Origin: Chlorokybus atmophyticus
Taxonomy: Eukaryota > Plantae > Mesostigma and Chlorokybus algae
Length of the DNA: 64,000 nt
Assembly (NCBI GenBank): GCA_009103225.1
Contig: RHPI01000101.1
Location: forward strand, 18,031-82,030
Direction: 5' to 3'
Shown: piece by piece, positions 12,347-26,500 of the stretch
Numbering within the stretch: the stretch's first letter is position 1
Layout of the letters: each line of letters starts with the position of its first letter
The notes under the pieces: model-generated
What the model was told of the DNA's origin: nothing
What the model saw: the letters and a program-made list of their open reading frames with translations, nothing else
The model's database searches: none
Program-made: the position numbers and the translations under genes

Positions 12347-13026
12347 CTTCCACACATGCAGCTGCGCGAGAGCATATTCACACTTATCCAGTGAGCGAGG
12401 CCCCGATGCTTATAACCACGGCGTTGTCGTGAAGATAGCAGCAAGTCACCCATGCAATACGGCACAAGGCTTGTGCTCATCATGGTGCTCCCACATTAGT
12501 GGCGTTGCTTCGCAGCTTGACGTAGCCACCTCCTCCTCGCCATGTTGGTAAGTTGTGCTGGTCCCTGATGCTACTCAGTCAGGTGCACATGCCTGTTGGA
12601 ATTGCTAGACCCAACAAGACCGTAGGGTATGCGGTCATGACTGCGCTTGTGTTGTTCATTGCACGCGGGTCGTGTTCAGGATTGCCTTGACAAGTATGCT
12701 GGAGCGAGCTGATGGCACGCTCTGGTTTTCCTGCCACAGCCCTTGAACGCCCAGGCTGTCTACTGCATGAAGCAGAAACTCCCAATGGCGTCGTTGCCAA
12801 GCGCTCTGTGCTACAGTGGCACTACAATCATTGCAGAGCCTTTGCCAGCACGTTGAGCAAAGCATGCACCCCGCCCAGTGTCATGCTGCATACCATGGCT
12901 GTGACGTGTACATGTGTCTCGGGGCAACGGCGGTAGCGCTATACCTGGTTCACAGCGTTTTAATCTTCAAACATCGCATGCAGGCATGCGCGCGCTCTGC
13001 GTGGGCATGCACGTGTGGCACATGCG

Positions 13027-13030
<4 letters not shown>

Positions 13031-13096
<66 letters not shown>

Positions 13097-13097
13097 N
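13031..13097. repeat. (CA)n microsatellite ending at a single-N contig join
   Basis: Direct reading. The equivalent (CA)n lies at 21781-21856, before N21861. Confidence 0.97.
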
Positions 13098-14477
13098 GGA
13101 GCGGCAGCAGTAACTGCGATGCCGGGACGTGGATTCTGTCACATAAGTGTTACAGGACTTGTAGCTAAAAACCCTCTACTTATTGAGGCAGACACTTGCA
13201 TATTATAAATGGGGTTGCGTTTCCTAATCGGTTTGTGCGTGATGGAATGGCGTGTGCGGTTAATGATGGTGGCAGCAACAACAGCCAACATTTGCTTGTC
13301 AATGATAATAGAGTTGTCTGCATGCCAATTGCTGCCGAGCGTGACGTGGCGCTTACTTGTTTTGCTAACGTGATAATGCTACTCAACCAAGGGAAAGGCT
13401 AAAACTGTGCACTTGATATCATACAGGAGATGGCGGACGGCTTCGGGCAAGTGGACGGCTTTATATGTATCTTTGTATTTAGTAAAAACAAAGATTGACA
13501 ATGTCAATTGCCCTAGACGACCTAATATCAAACTTGATACAAGTTAAGCGTTGATGTCGCATTCAGGTACGGCAATGAAGGTCGGTTATCCGGTCACCGG
13601 CTGACCATATGTATGGCGAGCGGTCAATCCGTCTTTGACTGAATATAGAACTTTTACTTGCTCTAATTCAGTCTCACGATCTAAACTTGCCTAGTTACAT
13701 GTTTTTTTTACATGTTTATTAATGATAAAGCAATACTGATGTCCAAGTAAATAATGTCTTACTCTACAATGCCGCCTCACCTCACATACATTTCAAGTAT
13801 TATATAACGGATTTAATCGCCTACCCTTAAAGCATCCGCATATATTACAGGAGCAAAAACATATATTATCATGATCATAAAACACAATTTTAGTATATGC
13901 ACGATACAGCTTATATATATATATATATATACATATACACACACATACACACGCGCACACATACACAGGTTGTATGCAAAAAGCGCCATAAAAAACAAAT
14001 CACGCCATGTATGCATAACTGTATTTTATTACTGCAATTGTTTACAAACATATTTGCTGATCCTTGCTTAATTATAATGACATAAATGATTGGATTTCAG
14101 TTGCAAAAATCAGTACTATGCATATTACATGAAACTATATGGGTATGTAACACTGGAGTTGTTGAATTATACACCAACATGTGGGTGAGGTATATCACCT
14201 TTCATAATGAAGTAACATGAATAATCAATCAAGGATGTTTACAGATATGTAGCATATCAATTACTCTTCGCGCGAAGCGCCCGACATTTTTAGTATCTTA
14301 CGTACGCCATGTCAGCAACTTTGCTTTTTCATCAGTTACTCTACTTGGAGATTTTGAGTTATTACAAGAAGTGTGTTAAAGAGGTACAAGACTTGACCAT
14401 GACTTGCTGCTTCAATCAGCTTATATATCTGTGACATACTTCTGTGACACCACCAATCTGCCGCGGTGGATGGCATA

Positions 14478-14791
14478 CCGTACTTGCCCGGATAGCCCCC
14501 CTATACTTAGAAGCCCCTCCGACCGTTTATGAGCCCCCCATTGCTCAATGCAACTTATTGTGCCCGTCGAGTTACGCCGGCTGCGCTCGGGTTACGCTTT
14601 TACATGTGCGAGTCGCGCGCGTCCAGTGTCATGTCACACCTGACGCGCGCGACTCCCACATGCAGCAGCGTAACTCGCGCTAAGAGGCCCCCCCTGTGCA
14701 ATAGGAGCCCCCCCCGAATACAAGCCCCCTTCATTAAAAGGGGTGGGGGGCTTTGTTAAAAAAGGGGAGGCTTCTATCCGGGCAATTACGG
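14478..14791. mobile_element. MITE, duplicate copy
   Basis: Matches 5026-5339 at offset 9452; TA flanks retained. Confidence 0.85.
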
Positions 14792-16236
14792 TAATCATGG
14801 TATTGTACGCTCAAATGATATAAAAGTAATTATACACAAGCATCAACGGTTACAAACCAAACACATGATATAAAAGCTTGCGCGCAAGCTTTGCACATAT
14901 ATATGCAGTGGCTGTATGCTTATTTGCATGGAGAAGATCAAGAAGAAAATGTTTCTGCTTATATACGCGTGCAGCGCGTAAGCTTTTGCACATAAGACGT
15001 AATCTCTTGCAATGCATGTTAATGAAATACACGTATAAAATCTTACATGAGTTACCCGCAAGCTAATATATACAAATGTAGTCGTATTATATTATACATT
15101 CTTTAATAATTGTAGCACTATTGCGTTTGGTCAATCAAACATCTCGATTCAATAAAATGTACAAGGTACATCGATGATGTATCAACACATACATTTATAT
15201 GTTCAATGTGCAAGAAGTGCGCAAGCTTTTGCACATTAAACGAATAAAAATGCATTGGATTTCCTTTTTATATTGGCTGCTCTACTTGCCAAGCATGCTT
15301 ATAATTCATATTTCAATAAAAAGCAATTCAATCGTGACTTGCTGCCGTAAGAGGTTGCATAATCATTTGAAGTTGTTACCGTGACATCGCTTGTTAGCAA
15401 TACATTGTTATAGAGCGACGGCCATGGTATTCATCGCAGTCAGCCGGACAATTCTAACATATATATTATTATTCCCCGAAGATGAATCGGTGACTCGAAG
15501 TGCACTCGATGCAATACGAGCTTCTCTCTCCATAATTGCCTGTTCTCTTCAAAACTTAAGGCCCGACTTTGTACTTACTAGAAATTGGACCCGAAATACC
15601 GAATACAACACATGTCAGTGACATGATGTCACCACCAGTGGCTTCCTTTCGGGTGGGGCCGAATTGGCCGGGCCGATGGTTCATCAGCCGGCCGAAGCAC
15701 ATAATGTGTTGTGGTCGGAAGTTTTGTGTCGCCTAAAATACTCAGACTCAGGGGGAAACAGGGGTTGGGAATCCCTTCAGGATTCCATGCGGCACGTGCG
15801 GTAGCTCAGTATCAGCACGTTAGCATCTGCGGCGTTCGTGCACCAATTGTAAGCCGTCAGCTCGTCAGCATTTGCTGCTTTGCACGTCACGTTACGCATG
15901 CTGCACGTTACGTGCCTCTTTCAGCAATTGTTTCAAATAGTTTGTTTGACAGCGTTTAACCGCGTCCTTTGAATTAACCGTGGTTTGTGTCAAACAGTGG
16001 CTTGTGGCCTGGCTGGACTACTGGGCTGCTGTTAGCCTGCTCCCACCAGGCCGATTGGGTGTGCGTGTGTCTTGGTCTGGCCTGGTCGGCGTGTCCTGCT
16101 TCACAGGCCTGAGCTAATTTGCCATTTCAATTTGCTACGTTCTCGCCCTTCTTGCTTACGTGGTCTTTCGTAGTCTGGTGCAGCTCCGCACAGCAGTGGT
16201 CTGGCCTAGTCTGGTCTCCTCTGCGCCCTTGCAGCC

Positions 16237-18879
16237 ATGAGGCTGGAGGCGGGCGTCGCGGAGGCCAACGGTCACGTGATGAGCAACGGCGATGTGGTGC
16301 TCAGCAACGGCGATGCCCACAGCGACCACCACCACGACAACCAGCGCCCAGTGAAGCTCATCATCGATACCGATCCGGGCGTTGATGATGCCCTTGCTCT
16401 CTTTATGGCTTTCCAACGATCAGACCTTTACAAGGTACTCAACAACAAACACAGCCATGTTGCAAGTGTGAGTAAGTCGGTTTGCTTTCCTTATTGACAG
16501 CATTTCTTTCCGCATCAACATTGTTGCTCGCACTGGCTAAAAGAAAGTGCACAGTAGATGGTATGATAAAGTTGCTCAGCAAAAAGCGGTTACAAACAAG
16601 AATGCGCACACTTGTTTGTGAGGCCCGCGTATGGGAAGAACTCTTAGCATAGAAGGTCTAAGCTTACATCTGTCATTGTTTGTACAGTCAGCTCACACGA
16701 ATAACTCCAATGCACATTAATAAAACTGCACGCAGGTCATACTTGTGATGTAGGAGAAACAGAAGAAGACTAACTTGATGCAGCTAACTTTGAATTGTAG
16801 GTAAACCAATGCGCAAAAAACCATTGCAGGGAATTACGCACACAGTATATCATGTTGCACAAAGCACAGAGCGCGACAAGGTGTTACTTGAGATGTATAG
16901 TGGAGCAAAGACTGTGTGAACTGAGTCATCTCCGCACTCTAAAACCAGACAATGTCTGTGGGAATCAACAAGAGATCATGCAGTCATGGTTGTGTGAAGT
17001 GAGCCTTTCATGCAGGTTGTGGCGTTGACAACGATTTTTGGCAACGTGCACACCCCGCTGGCAACGCAGAATGCACTGCGGCTGGTGGAGCGGGCAGGTG
17101 CAGCCGCGGAGGGTGTGGCCGTTGTTCAGGGCGCCCTCGGGCCCCTGGGTGACGGCATTGTCAAGCGCGTCGCTGACTTTGTGCACGGGAAGGTACTATC
17201 AGTGGCAGTGACAATGCGAGCATCAAGTGTTGAAGTATGTCACCGTGTTGGAAGCAGTGTGACTGGCGAGGATCAGTGGCCTGTGCAACATGACATTGGT
17301 GTTCCTTGATTGTTGCCTTGCCAATGGAGCAAGTGGCATGTATGTGGCATGTGTAGCTGCTCAATCAAGCTCAATCAACTGCATCGCTGTTTGGGAGAAC
17401 ACATTAGTTACTTCGCATTCACAACTGTCTGCCAACTGTTACACAGCCAGTGCCAATCGCTACGAACAGATGTCACTCGTCAGGTGTCATTAACATCGTT
17501 TGTAGACATAAGTGTCGAACTGTGAGACACTTGCATATTAGCTGTTTACCAGCTAGTAATATTCCATGCTGACTGGCCGTAACAGGCCACTTACAGGTTA
17601 TTACTGCCAGTCAGCTGTTGGTAACAGCTGTTACCCACAGCTTGGTAGTGACAGCTGTTATCAGCTGTGAGTTCATTGTTGTTCTGATGACGTTGCACAA
17701 CGAGGTGTTTACTGCAGCCAAGTATAGCCGCTAATTCTGGTAACAGGGCTAATTCTGGCAGCACCGGGTCGTCAATGAACATTGCTACAGCAACAATTGG
17801 ATGTAGCCGTGTTTGAGAGTGAGTTTGTTTGCTCAACCTCGCATCCATGTACAGGACGGCCTTGGTAACACGTTCCCTTCTCCGCCTAGTGGCACTCCTT
17901 TGCCCGGCACGAGCGCAGCACAGTACCTCGTGGACGCGGCTAACGCATCCCCGGGGGAGCTCACCGTTCTCGCCCTTGGACCCCTCACCAACCTTGCGCT
18001 TGCGCTACGCATCGACCCCAATTGGCCCAAGAAGGTGTGTTTTTGTGCTCTATGCACAAAATGCTGGTGCAACGCCGACACAACCCTTGTGTCGCTCATG
18101 TGTCGAGTACTGCATGGGTGCTTTTGGTTGGTCAGCACAGTTGCTTACGAGATGCGACCTTGTCATAACTCTGCAGGTGAAGAAAATTGTGGTGTTGGGT
18201 GGTGCTTTCTTCGTCAACGGCAATGTCAATCCAGCTGCCGAAGCCAACATTGCCGGCGATGCTGAGGCTGCAGACATTGTCTTTGGGTGCGGGGAGAATG
18301 TTTACGTTGTCGGTCTCAACGTTACCACAGGTACATTGCTTACACATTCTAGTACTGAAAGGGGTTGTTGTGTGTCAAACAAACACCTGTGTTGTTGCGT
18401 ATGCAGAGGTGTACTTGACGGACAAGGACCTGGACCACATCAAAGAGTCAAACTCGAAACATGGGGCGTATTGCCATGAGATATGCCAGTTTTACATGGG
18501 CTACCACAAGACGGCATTCGGGCTACCCGGCGTGTACCTCCACGACCCCACTGCTCTTGTCGCCATCACGCACCCACACCTTTTCACGTGGGCTCATGGC
18601 GCTGTCCGCGTTGTCACTGAAGGCCTTGCCCACGGTGAAACCATCATGGACGCCGGCGGAAAAAAGTGAGCTGTTGTTCGTGTGCGCGTGCATGCATGCA
18701 CATACGTGTGCGTGCATGTTGTTGGGTGTTTCGCTGGCGTTGGTACTGATTGTTGTTTGTGTGTCTGCAGTTGGTATGTGGAGAACCCATGGATGGGAAG
18801 GCCGGCGATAGCCGTTGCAGTGAAGGTGCAAGCGCCCGAGGTTGTGCAGCTCGTGAAGGAGTCTCTCATGCAACAATGA
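16237..18879 (+). CDS. URH: Nucleoside hydrolase, duplicate copy
   Basis: Same exons as 6785-9427, shifted by 9452. Confidence 0.93.
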
Positions 18880-19243
18880 CTGGTTGGCCGCCCAGTGAGG
18901 CAAGGGGAGGGGTGTAGGTTAGGAGGGGTGAAATGCAACATGGCATGCAGATGTACATTTGTAGATTAGTCTCAGGTGATTCTTGCATCTGGCAGGTCGT
19001 GTATGAGTGCCTCCTGCAGATGCTTTGGTAGTGTTTGGGTCAATAGTATGTGCCAGCAGTAGTGGCACTCCACTGTGTTGTAAGGCACTAGTGGGGCTCC
19101 GTTGCTCATTATGTAATTACCACTGGCAATGGGCCAGTGTTTGGTGTTTTGGAGGCACAGGGGCTGATCTCTATCTGCGTTTGTACGCGGTGCCAGCTGT
19201 GAGACACACACATGCTAATATGTGTGTTTGTGGTGTCTATCAG

Positions 19244-21094
19244 ATGGCATATGATGTTGAACTTGGTCAGGCTGGTAGGAATACACACAATGCACAACAA
19301 CAACAACAACAACAACCACAAACGCTAGCCACCGCGCAAAGTGATCGTGTGCAACTTCCACCTGCAACAGTGGCGAAAGTAGCCAAGACTGTCGCCTCCA
19401 TGCGTATATCTGCCAGGATTGAGAGGACAAGAAGAAAAGCAAGATGGTGAGTTGCTAGTGGCCGGCCCCCGCCTTAGGCCAGCTCGCCAACAACAAGCGG
19501 GAGGGGTAGAGAGGAAACGTGCGAGTCAGCTGACGGTGAGTGGCCGATGGCCGGCCTCAGCCTAGGCTCGCTCGCCAACAACACTGCCGCCGCTGTTGCC
19601 GCTGCCACATTGTACACACTTGTTCACATCCTTCAGCTCAGCCTTTGTTGCGGGGGGCGACGCAGGGGGAGGCGGGGGCGGAGGCGGAGGCGGAGGCGGA
19701 GGCAAGGTGGTCGCTGGTGAGGTGAGCGCAGATTGCTGGCCGGCTGCTTGGTTGGTTGTTTGCGGACTTGATGGCTTTGTGTCTGTGTGTGCTATACAAC
19801 AGCAAATGCTGTAGAGTGGGCTCATGCTGTGTCTTAGAGTTGTATTTGCGCTTGCACACCGACAGCTGCCCCTTGCAAGTCTTTCCTCGTGGCTGTTGTA
19901 CAAGTTGTAGCTACCCTCGTGGCATCTCAAGCAAGCACGATAGGATCAAATCACTAGCACAGCCGGTGACCTTTGGCCCCGTATGTTAACAGTGGTCATC
20001 CATAATGCAGAGTATGTGCAGTTGAAGGACGATGAGTCCATTATTGTGCAATCAGCCACGCAGCGGTATGTGTTCCAAGTCGTGGCACGCTTGGGCACGC
20101 CTCGCACCTATGGAGCTGTATATGCTGTTGAAGCCACGGCAGGAACGCAAGTATCGGTGGTAACAGCCACAGGCATGTATGTGTTGAAGGTTGACCCACA
20201 GCCGTGCGATCTTGAAGAAGCAAAACGCCTTGATGACGACCTAACACCATGGACTCAGGTGCATGCTGCGGCAAAAGCCTCAATTCATGTAATTGTTGTG
20301 ACAGCACAGTTGACCTGATACAAGTGACTTTTCCTCTTCTTTGCAGGTGGAGCGCGAAGCCTCCGTTCTGGCCCACTTAGGCAAGCACGGGTTGATGAGT
20401 CTCAGAATTGGTAGACCACGGGACGATTGAGCCATCCCCTGCTTGTACTTCTGGTGTGGCTGGCGCTCGAGCAATTATCACACCTCTGCAGGGACGTCCG
20501 CTGGTGCCAGCCACCGGAGCGGTTTTGCCTTTGAAGTCGGCTGCAGTGCAAAAGCTGGCGGCGGATGTCCTTGAAGGCTTGCTTTTCGCACATGCCCAGG
20601 GTGTGTGGCACAATGACGTCGCACCCCAAAACATAGGCGTCACTCATGCTGGCTCGGAAGCGATGGGAAGCTACTATCTGTTCGATTTTGGGGCTGCCAG
20701 CTGCCCCGCCCTACACCTGTACGACCAACCCATGGCGCACGAGTTGTATGCCTCCACTAGCTGGTTGGTGACAGGGCAGGTGTCCTCTGCTCTGGCGGAT
20801 ATCGAATCTCTTGTCTACACGTGCATGGCATTGTCCTCCCCCGGGGAGGACTCCTTGCATGGCTATGCTGAGCCCGCAGCGTTGCCATGGGAGGAGGCTC
20901 AACTCCGTGGCAACGTGCTGCGGGTGCTTTTCCTGCGGGCAGATCTTCACGCGCAGCCAGAGGAAAACCCAGTCTTGCGGAGTTGGCCTCGCCCCCTGCT
21001 GGAATTTGCCAAGGGCGTCTTTCGTTGTGTTTACACTGGAGCACCGCCACCACCCATGGAGGAGTGGTTGAGCTTGCTGCGTGGCCCCACATAG
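19244..21094 (+). pseudogene. CK1-like kinase, duplicate copy (same frameshift, lacks the 704-bp internal segment)
   Basis: Putative exons 19244-19446, 19637-19721, 19944-20258 and 20347-21094; same 1-nt frame offset near 20389-20408. Confidence 0.75.
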
Positions 21095-21739
21095 CTTCCA
21101 CACATGCAGCTGCGCGAGAGCATATTCACACTTATCCAGTGAGCGAGGCCCCGATGCTTATAACCACGGCGTTGTCGTGAAGATAGCAGCAAGTCACCCA
21201 TGCAATACGGCACAAGGCTTGTGCTCATCATGGTGCTCCCACATTAGTGGCGTTGCTTCGCAGCTTGACGTAGCCACCTCCTCCTCGCCATGTTGGTAAG
21301 TTGTGCTGGTCCCTGATGCTACTCAGTCAGGTGCACATGCCTGTTGGAATTGCTAGACCCAACAAGACCGTAGGGTATGCGGTCATGACTGCGCTTGTGT
21401 TGTTCATTGCACGCGGGTCGTGTTCAGGATTGCCTTGACAAGTATGCTGGAGCGAGCTGATGGCACGCTCTGGTTTTCCTGCCACAGCCCTTGAACGCCC
21501 AGGCTGTCTACTGCATGAAGCAGAAACTCCCAATGGCGTCGTTGCCAAGCGCTCTGTGCTACAGTGGCACTACAATCATTGCAGAGCCTTTGCCAGCACG
21601 TTGAGCAAAGCATGCACCCCGCCCAGTGTCATGCTGCATACCATGGCTGTGACGTGTACATGTGTCTCGGGGCAACGGCGGTAGCGCTATACCTGGTTCA
21701 CAGCGTTTTAATCTTCAAACATCGCATGCAGGCATGCGC

Positions 21740-21774
21740 GCGCTCTGCGTGGGCATGCACGTGTGGCACATGCG

Positions 21775-21857
<83 letters not shown>

Positions 21858-22050
21858 CACNTTGTTGCCACACCAGTGACAATCGCTGCGACGAGCTCTG
21901 AGTGGCATGCTGGTGCTGGTGCCAACTGTGACTGTGATAGTCACTGCATATGGTCACACCAGCACAAGATTGGCAACCTACCAGTCTGCTGGTGCTTGCA
22001 GATGCATCCAGGAGTCTTGGCAGAGCATGACGATGCCCCCTGGTAACCGA
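21740..22050. repeat. Dispersed repeat with an inverted homolog at about 55575-55800
   Basis: TGTTGCCACACCAGTGAC...GGCATGCTGGTGCTGGTGCCAACTGTGACTGTGATAGTCACT and GTCTTGGCAGAGCATGACGATGCCCC match the reverse complement of 55575-55800. Confidence 0.8.
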
Positions 22051-22704
22051 GTGCCTGACCTTCCCATCCGCAGTGCAGGTGCTATCCCTGAGGAGTCAAG
22101 AACTGTGCCGACCACGCAATCAAGTAGCTGACCGGCCCGGTGTGTCATCCCCCTCCCATGCCAATGTTGTTAGTCATGTACATGCCCGCATGCACAAGCC
22201 AATTTTGCATGGTGGAAGGCAACCTGCTACTCATGCACCGACGGCAATTACTGCCATGTCAGCAGTTGCAGGGTTAGAACCAAGATGGGCTTTGCGGTCT
22301 GTGTAGTGTTCAACAATACAAAGTTAGGTTCAATATTAACCTCATAACCTCTGACTTCTAGTGGCTAGCGATTGCTGGCTATGCCATAAGCAAGTGTTGA
22401 ACGTTAGGGTTACCAACGGTGTTGTAACTACGAACCCACGAAACCCACGATATATCATTATGAACACTTCACACGAGTGCCGAGCAGCACTGCTGCGTTT
22501 ACACAAAAAACCATCTTTGCAAAGTCCTATTTTTCCGAACTACTAGTCTCAAGGGCCTAAGAACACAGCGTTGCAAAGGACGAAAACGGTGGAAGACCTA
22601 CACGCACGCAATTTCCTGCCGGCAAGCGCTGCAGCAGCAGGCCACTCTTACCCTGGCAGTGTCCGTCCGCCCGTGGCAGACAACAGCATAATGGTGAGCC
22701 TATG

Positions 22705-22706
<2 letters not shown>

Positions 22707-22782
<76 letters not shown>

Positions 22783-23227
22783 TGCTAGCAGCGCAGCGCT
22801 GCAGGGCCAGTTCAGAACTGCGTGAAAGTCACACCAGCGTTTTATCAAGGCAGTCAGCCAAACGGTGCTATTGTTGTGCATGGCATTCATGCACCCCTTA
22901 ATGTGGGCGGACACACTGCCGCATGAAGGTGAAGCCCGCTTTGCAGGGCAGATGCTGGATAAAGTAAGGCTTACGCGGAGGCACATGTCCGTAATACGTA
23001 TACGTCGTGTCAAGTTGATGTGACGATTTCACTGTGGCACAGGCATGCTGTGTGGTGAGAAACGACGAGCACAGCGCCGACCAAGCTATCATCGGGTTAT
23101 TCTATTGGTACTTGCACATCAGAACTGGTTCAGCGACATTAGCCTTTTTTCATCATGCACACGGGAATATGTTGCCCCAGCTGAGCGAGCTGAGCGAGCT
23201 GGGAGGTGCAGTGCAGCGCTCCAGGTG

Positions 23228-23278
<51 letters not shown>

Positions 23279-23314
23279 NNNNNNNNNNNNNNNNNNNNNN
23301 NNNNNNNNNNNNNN

Positions 23315-23401
<87 letters not shown>
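22707..23401. repeat. Inverted microsatellite pair: (AG)n 22707-22780 and (CT)n 23231-23401 (N gap 23279-23314)
   Basis: Direct reading. Confidence 0.95.
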
Positions 23402-23405
<4 letters not shown>

Positions 23406-23538
23406 CAGGGTGCGCATGCCTGGCGGATGTATGAGCAAGCCAGCAATAATGAAACCAAAAGAATGCTGTACAGAACACGAGTCAAGCTATCGACTCTCTT
23501 CCCTACCAACGCCGCTACTATTATGCAATAATTTTGTG

Positions 23539-26500
23539 TCATAGTTGCGGCGTGGCGGGTACGGAGTAGACCGTCTTGACCTGCACCGCGACGGACCCCA
23601 TCAGATCCTGCATCAGCGCCAGCTTCATGTTCAGCGCGTGCTGCATCTCCGCCACCTCGTCTTCAACCTTTACACAACACCCACATTAGCATCACCCTCC
23701 ACATTGAAACAACCAACACACATGATGCAACCCATCACCTCATCCAGCTTGCCATCCACCCCAACCCGCTTTGCCTTCTCCCCACCACCCTTTAAGGCTT
23801 GGTTCCTTTGCAGACTCGAGCTTCGCCTCAACCTTAATCTCCTCTCCACACGCGAGTTGGAATCTTGCCTCGCAAGCTTAGGCTGTGGCACAGATTCACT
23901 TGACTCTTTGTTCTCCGAATTACTGTTATCCTTGTCCTTGGTATCCTTGTCCTTGTCCTTGTTGGCCTTGAGCTTGTTCTCCAGCTCCACCTCCCGCTCC
24001 GCGAGGTCCTTCAGCATGAGTGTCATCTCGTCGGCGTCAAGGATCTCGTTGGCCGTCACGTCGTACTTCTTCAGCAAGTCTTTCGGACCGCGACGGAGCA
24101 ATAACTCATACGCAGCCGCGTTGCCCTTCAACTCCTGTACGCAGATTGTGTGTATGTTTAGTGCAGACTTGCTGACATGTGCACTGTGTGCTGTGATTGG
24201 AAGGTTGCTACTGTGTGTGCGCGCCCGCGTGTGTGTTGTGCATGTTGTGTCCATCGCAAGTGCGTGTGCGTGTTGTGCATGCGCATGTGTGCATGCATTG
24301 TGCGTGTGGTTTTATGTGTCATCAACACATATATCCTCCATCCCACCTGCTTGATGGCGGACTCGTTGATAAGGTTGTCCATCCACGGCACCATCGTCTT
24401 CAACCCCACTGCAGGTTGCACCTGCACTCATCACCCATCCCACCCAACCCCCTCCATCAGTCTCTTTTTTACCCATAGCTGTTGAGCACAACCCCACATC
24501 CCCACCTTGTTCTTATTTCTTCGCAAGAGTGCCAGCACCCGCGCCACGAGCGTCTCCCTCAGATGCGAGTAGAACTGTTTGGCTTCCTCCGTCTCGCGCG
24601 TCTTGACGTCCGCGAACGAGTCCGCCACGATCGCGAGGAACATCGACAGCAGCACGAAGAAGCAGAAGAAGACGAAGGCGAAGAAGAGGAGAGGGGTCAG
24701 GATGCGGTTGGCGAGGACCATCTCGCCGTAGTCGAACTTCGTCAACAGCATCTGTTGACACATAGACTGAGTTGTTATACATGTCTGTAGCGCGACTGGG
24801 GAGTCGTGTGAGTTGTGCATGGTTAACTGCATCAGTATGTGCTAGACAACGTAGTGTGTGGTGGCAGAGGGTTTGTGCACTGGCAGTACTTATGTTGGGT
24901 ACACACAGAAACATGCGGTAAAACACGCATGCACGCGCGCATGTGCATGGGTTTGTGTGCGTGCTTGCATGTGCGCACGAACATACACACACACGTGGAC
25001 ACCTGCATGCATACACCAACGCACGCATGCACACGTAATCACTGATACATCTGCGCGCGCGCTCACACACACACATACACACAATCCCGCACACATACAA
25101 GTGTGGTTCTGTCCACTTGCCTGCATGAGTGAGTCGAAGGTGGACGAGAAGCTTCTGAACCCGTATATGAACGGCGAGTATATGGCATAGTACGCCGACG
25201 CAAACCCGAGGAAGAATATAGTCGCCATCACCGTGAACAAAAACAGATCAAAGGCGCTATCCGACACCGTGAGAAATATCGAGTCAAACCGCGGCACGTG
25301 CATGAGGTACTTGAAGAACCGCACGTATAGGAAGATGAAGTTGAGACCCGACACGTTTAGTTCCTGCGTGGCGAGGAAACCCAACGCGGGGAAGTCCAAG
25401 TAGGATACGCCGTCCGAGTTGTAGCGGAAACCGTTGAGCTTGCGCTGCTGCTGGATGCGCATGACGATCATGGCGTAGATTGTGGCGAAGTTGAACCAAG
25501 TGACCCAAGTCCACCTAGACCTGAGAGTGACTGTCTCAACAATCTGTTGTATACACGCACACGCACACACACATAAGTACACCCGCCCCTTTTGCCTTAC
25601 CGCAGGTATTGTTTGCCGTATCTAAATATGCACGATATCTCCTCCATTGTGTGAATCACCAGCAGTACCACCACCACAATCTCGATCGCAAGCACCAGGT
25701 GGTCATAGCCCGTCACATACCTGCAAGACAGAGACACTCAACACACATTTCTCTCCCAATCACATTTCAAAACAACTCACCGGTACAGTCGGAACGTGCG
25801 CACGAGCGTGGACGAGTACAGGTTGCCGCTGGGCGGGATCTCAAAGAGTAGACGGATTGTTGTGAAGAGGTTCCAGCTGGGGTTGAGAAGGGAGATGTCG
25901 ACGATGACGGCCCGCGTGTGACCATCGATCCAATGCGACGCCTGTGGCAACGGACACAATGCAGGTTCTGGTTCATGCATTCATCTGAGACAGCTGTGTG
26001 CCTTTTGATACAGATTGCGTGTATAACCGCATGTGCACGTGCGCGCACACAGAAACAGAGACGCACATGCATACGCAGACACAGGCGTGTACGCGCACGT
26101 ACGCATGCACACAAACGCGCACGTATCACACCCACCCACCTGCAGCGCATTGAGTTGTGTTTGCGCGATGGCGAGCGGGTCGCAGTTGGCGCTCACGCAG
26201 GCGTCATCACCGCACGCGCACACCGCGCACGCCAACATCGTCGGGAAGGGCGTCGACGGCAGCGCCGTGCACGTCGCGTTGCAGCTGCTGGCATTGAAAC
26301 GAGCCGGGACCTGAAGTGGAGGATTGTGTATTGAGGGGGTTGAGTGGGGTGTGGGGAGGTGGGGTGGGGTGGGGTGGTTGTGTGGGGCTTACGGTGAGGG
26401 TAGAGCAGTTGGTTGGGAGGGGAGGAGGTGGGGTTGGGGATAGTGGTGGAGATGAGACTTGCAGCAGCCGCCTTTGAGTTGGTGCTGTGATACAGGCAGT

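Larger units (their letters stand above)
3646..21860. repeat. Near-identical tandem segmental duplication: 3646-13096 versus 13098-21860
   Basis: ORF tracks repeat at offset 9452, then at offset 8748 after a 704-bp indel. Copy 2 starts right after N13097 and ends at N21861. Both copies end in (CA)n. Confidence 0.97.

Noticed and set aside
12656-12865. Minus-strand Cys-rich ORF (CSTC...CNDC) as a zinc-finger gene
   Set aside because: It is short, I found no supporting exons, and it lies in a repeat-like 3' flank.
12816-13208. HTHT, ERER, LSLS, CVCV and ARVR repeat ORFs here and at 21564-23544, 26568-27465 and 58864-59239
   Set aside because: These are translations of microsatellites and N gaps.
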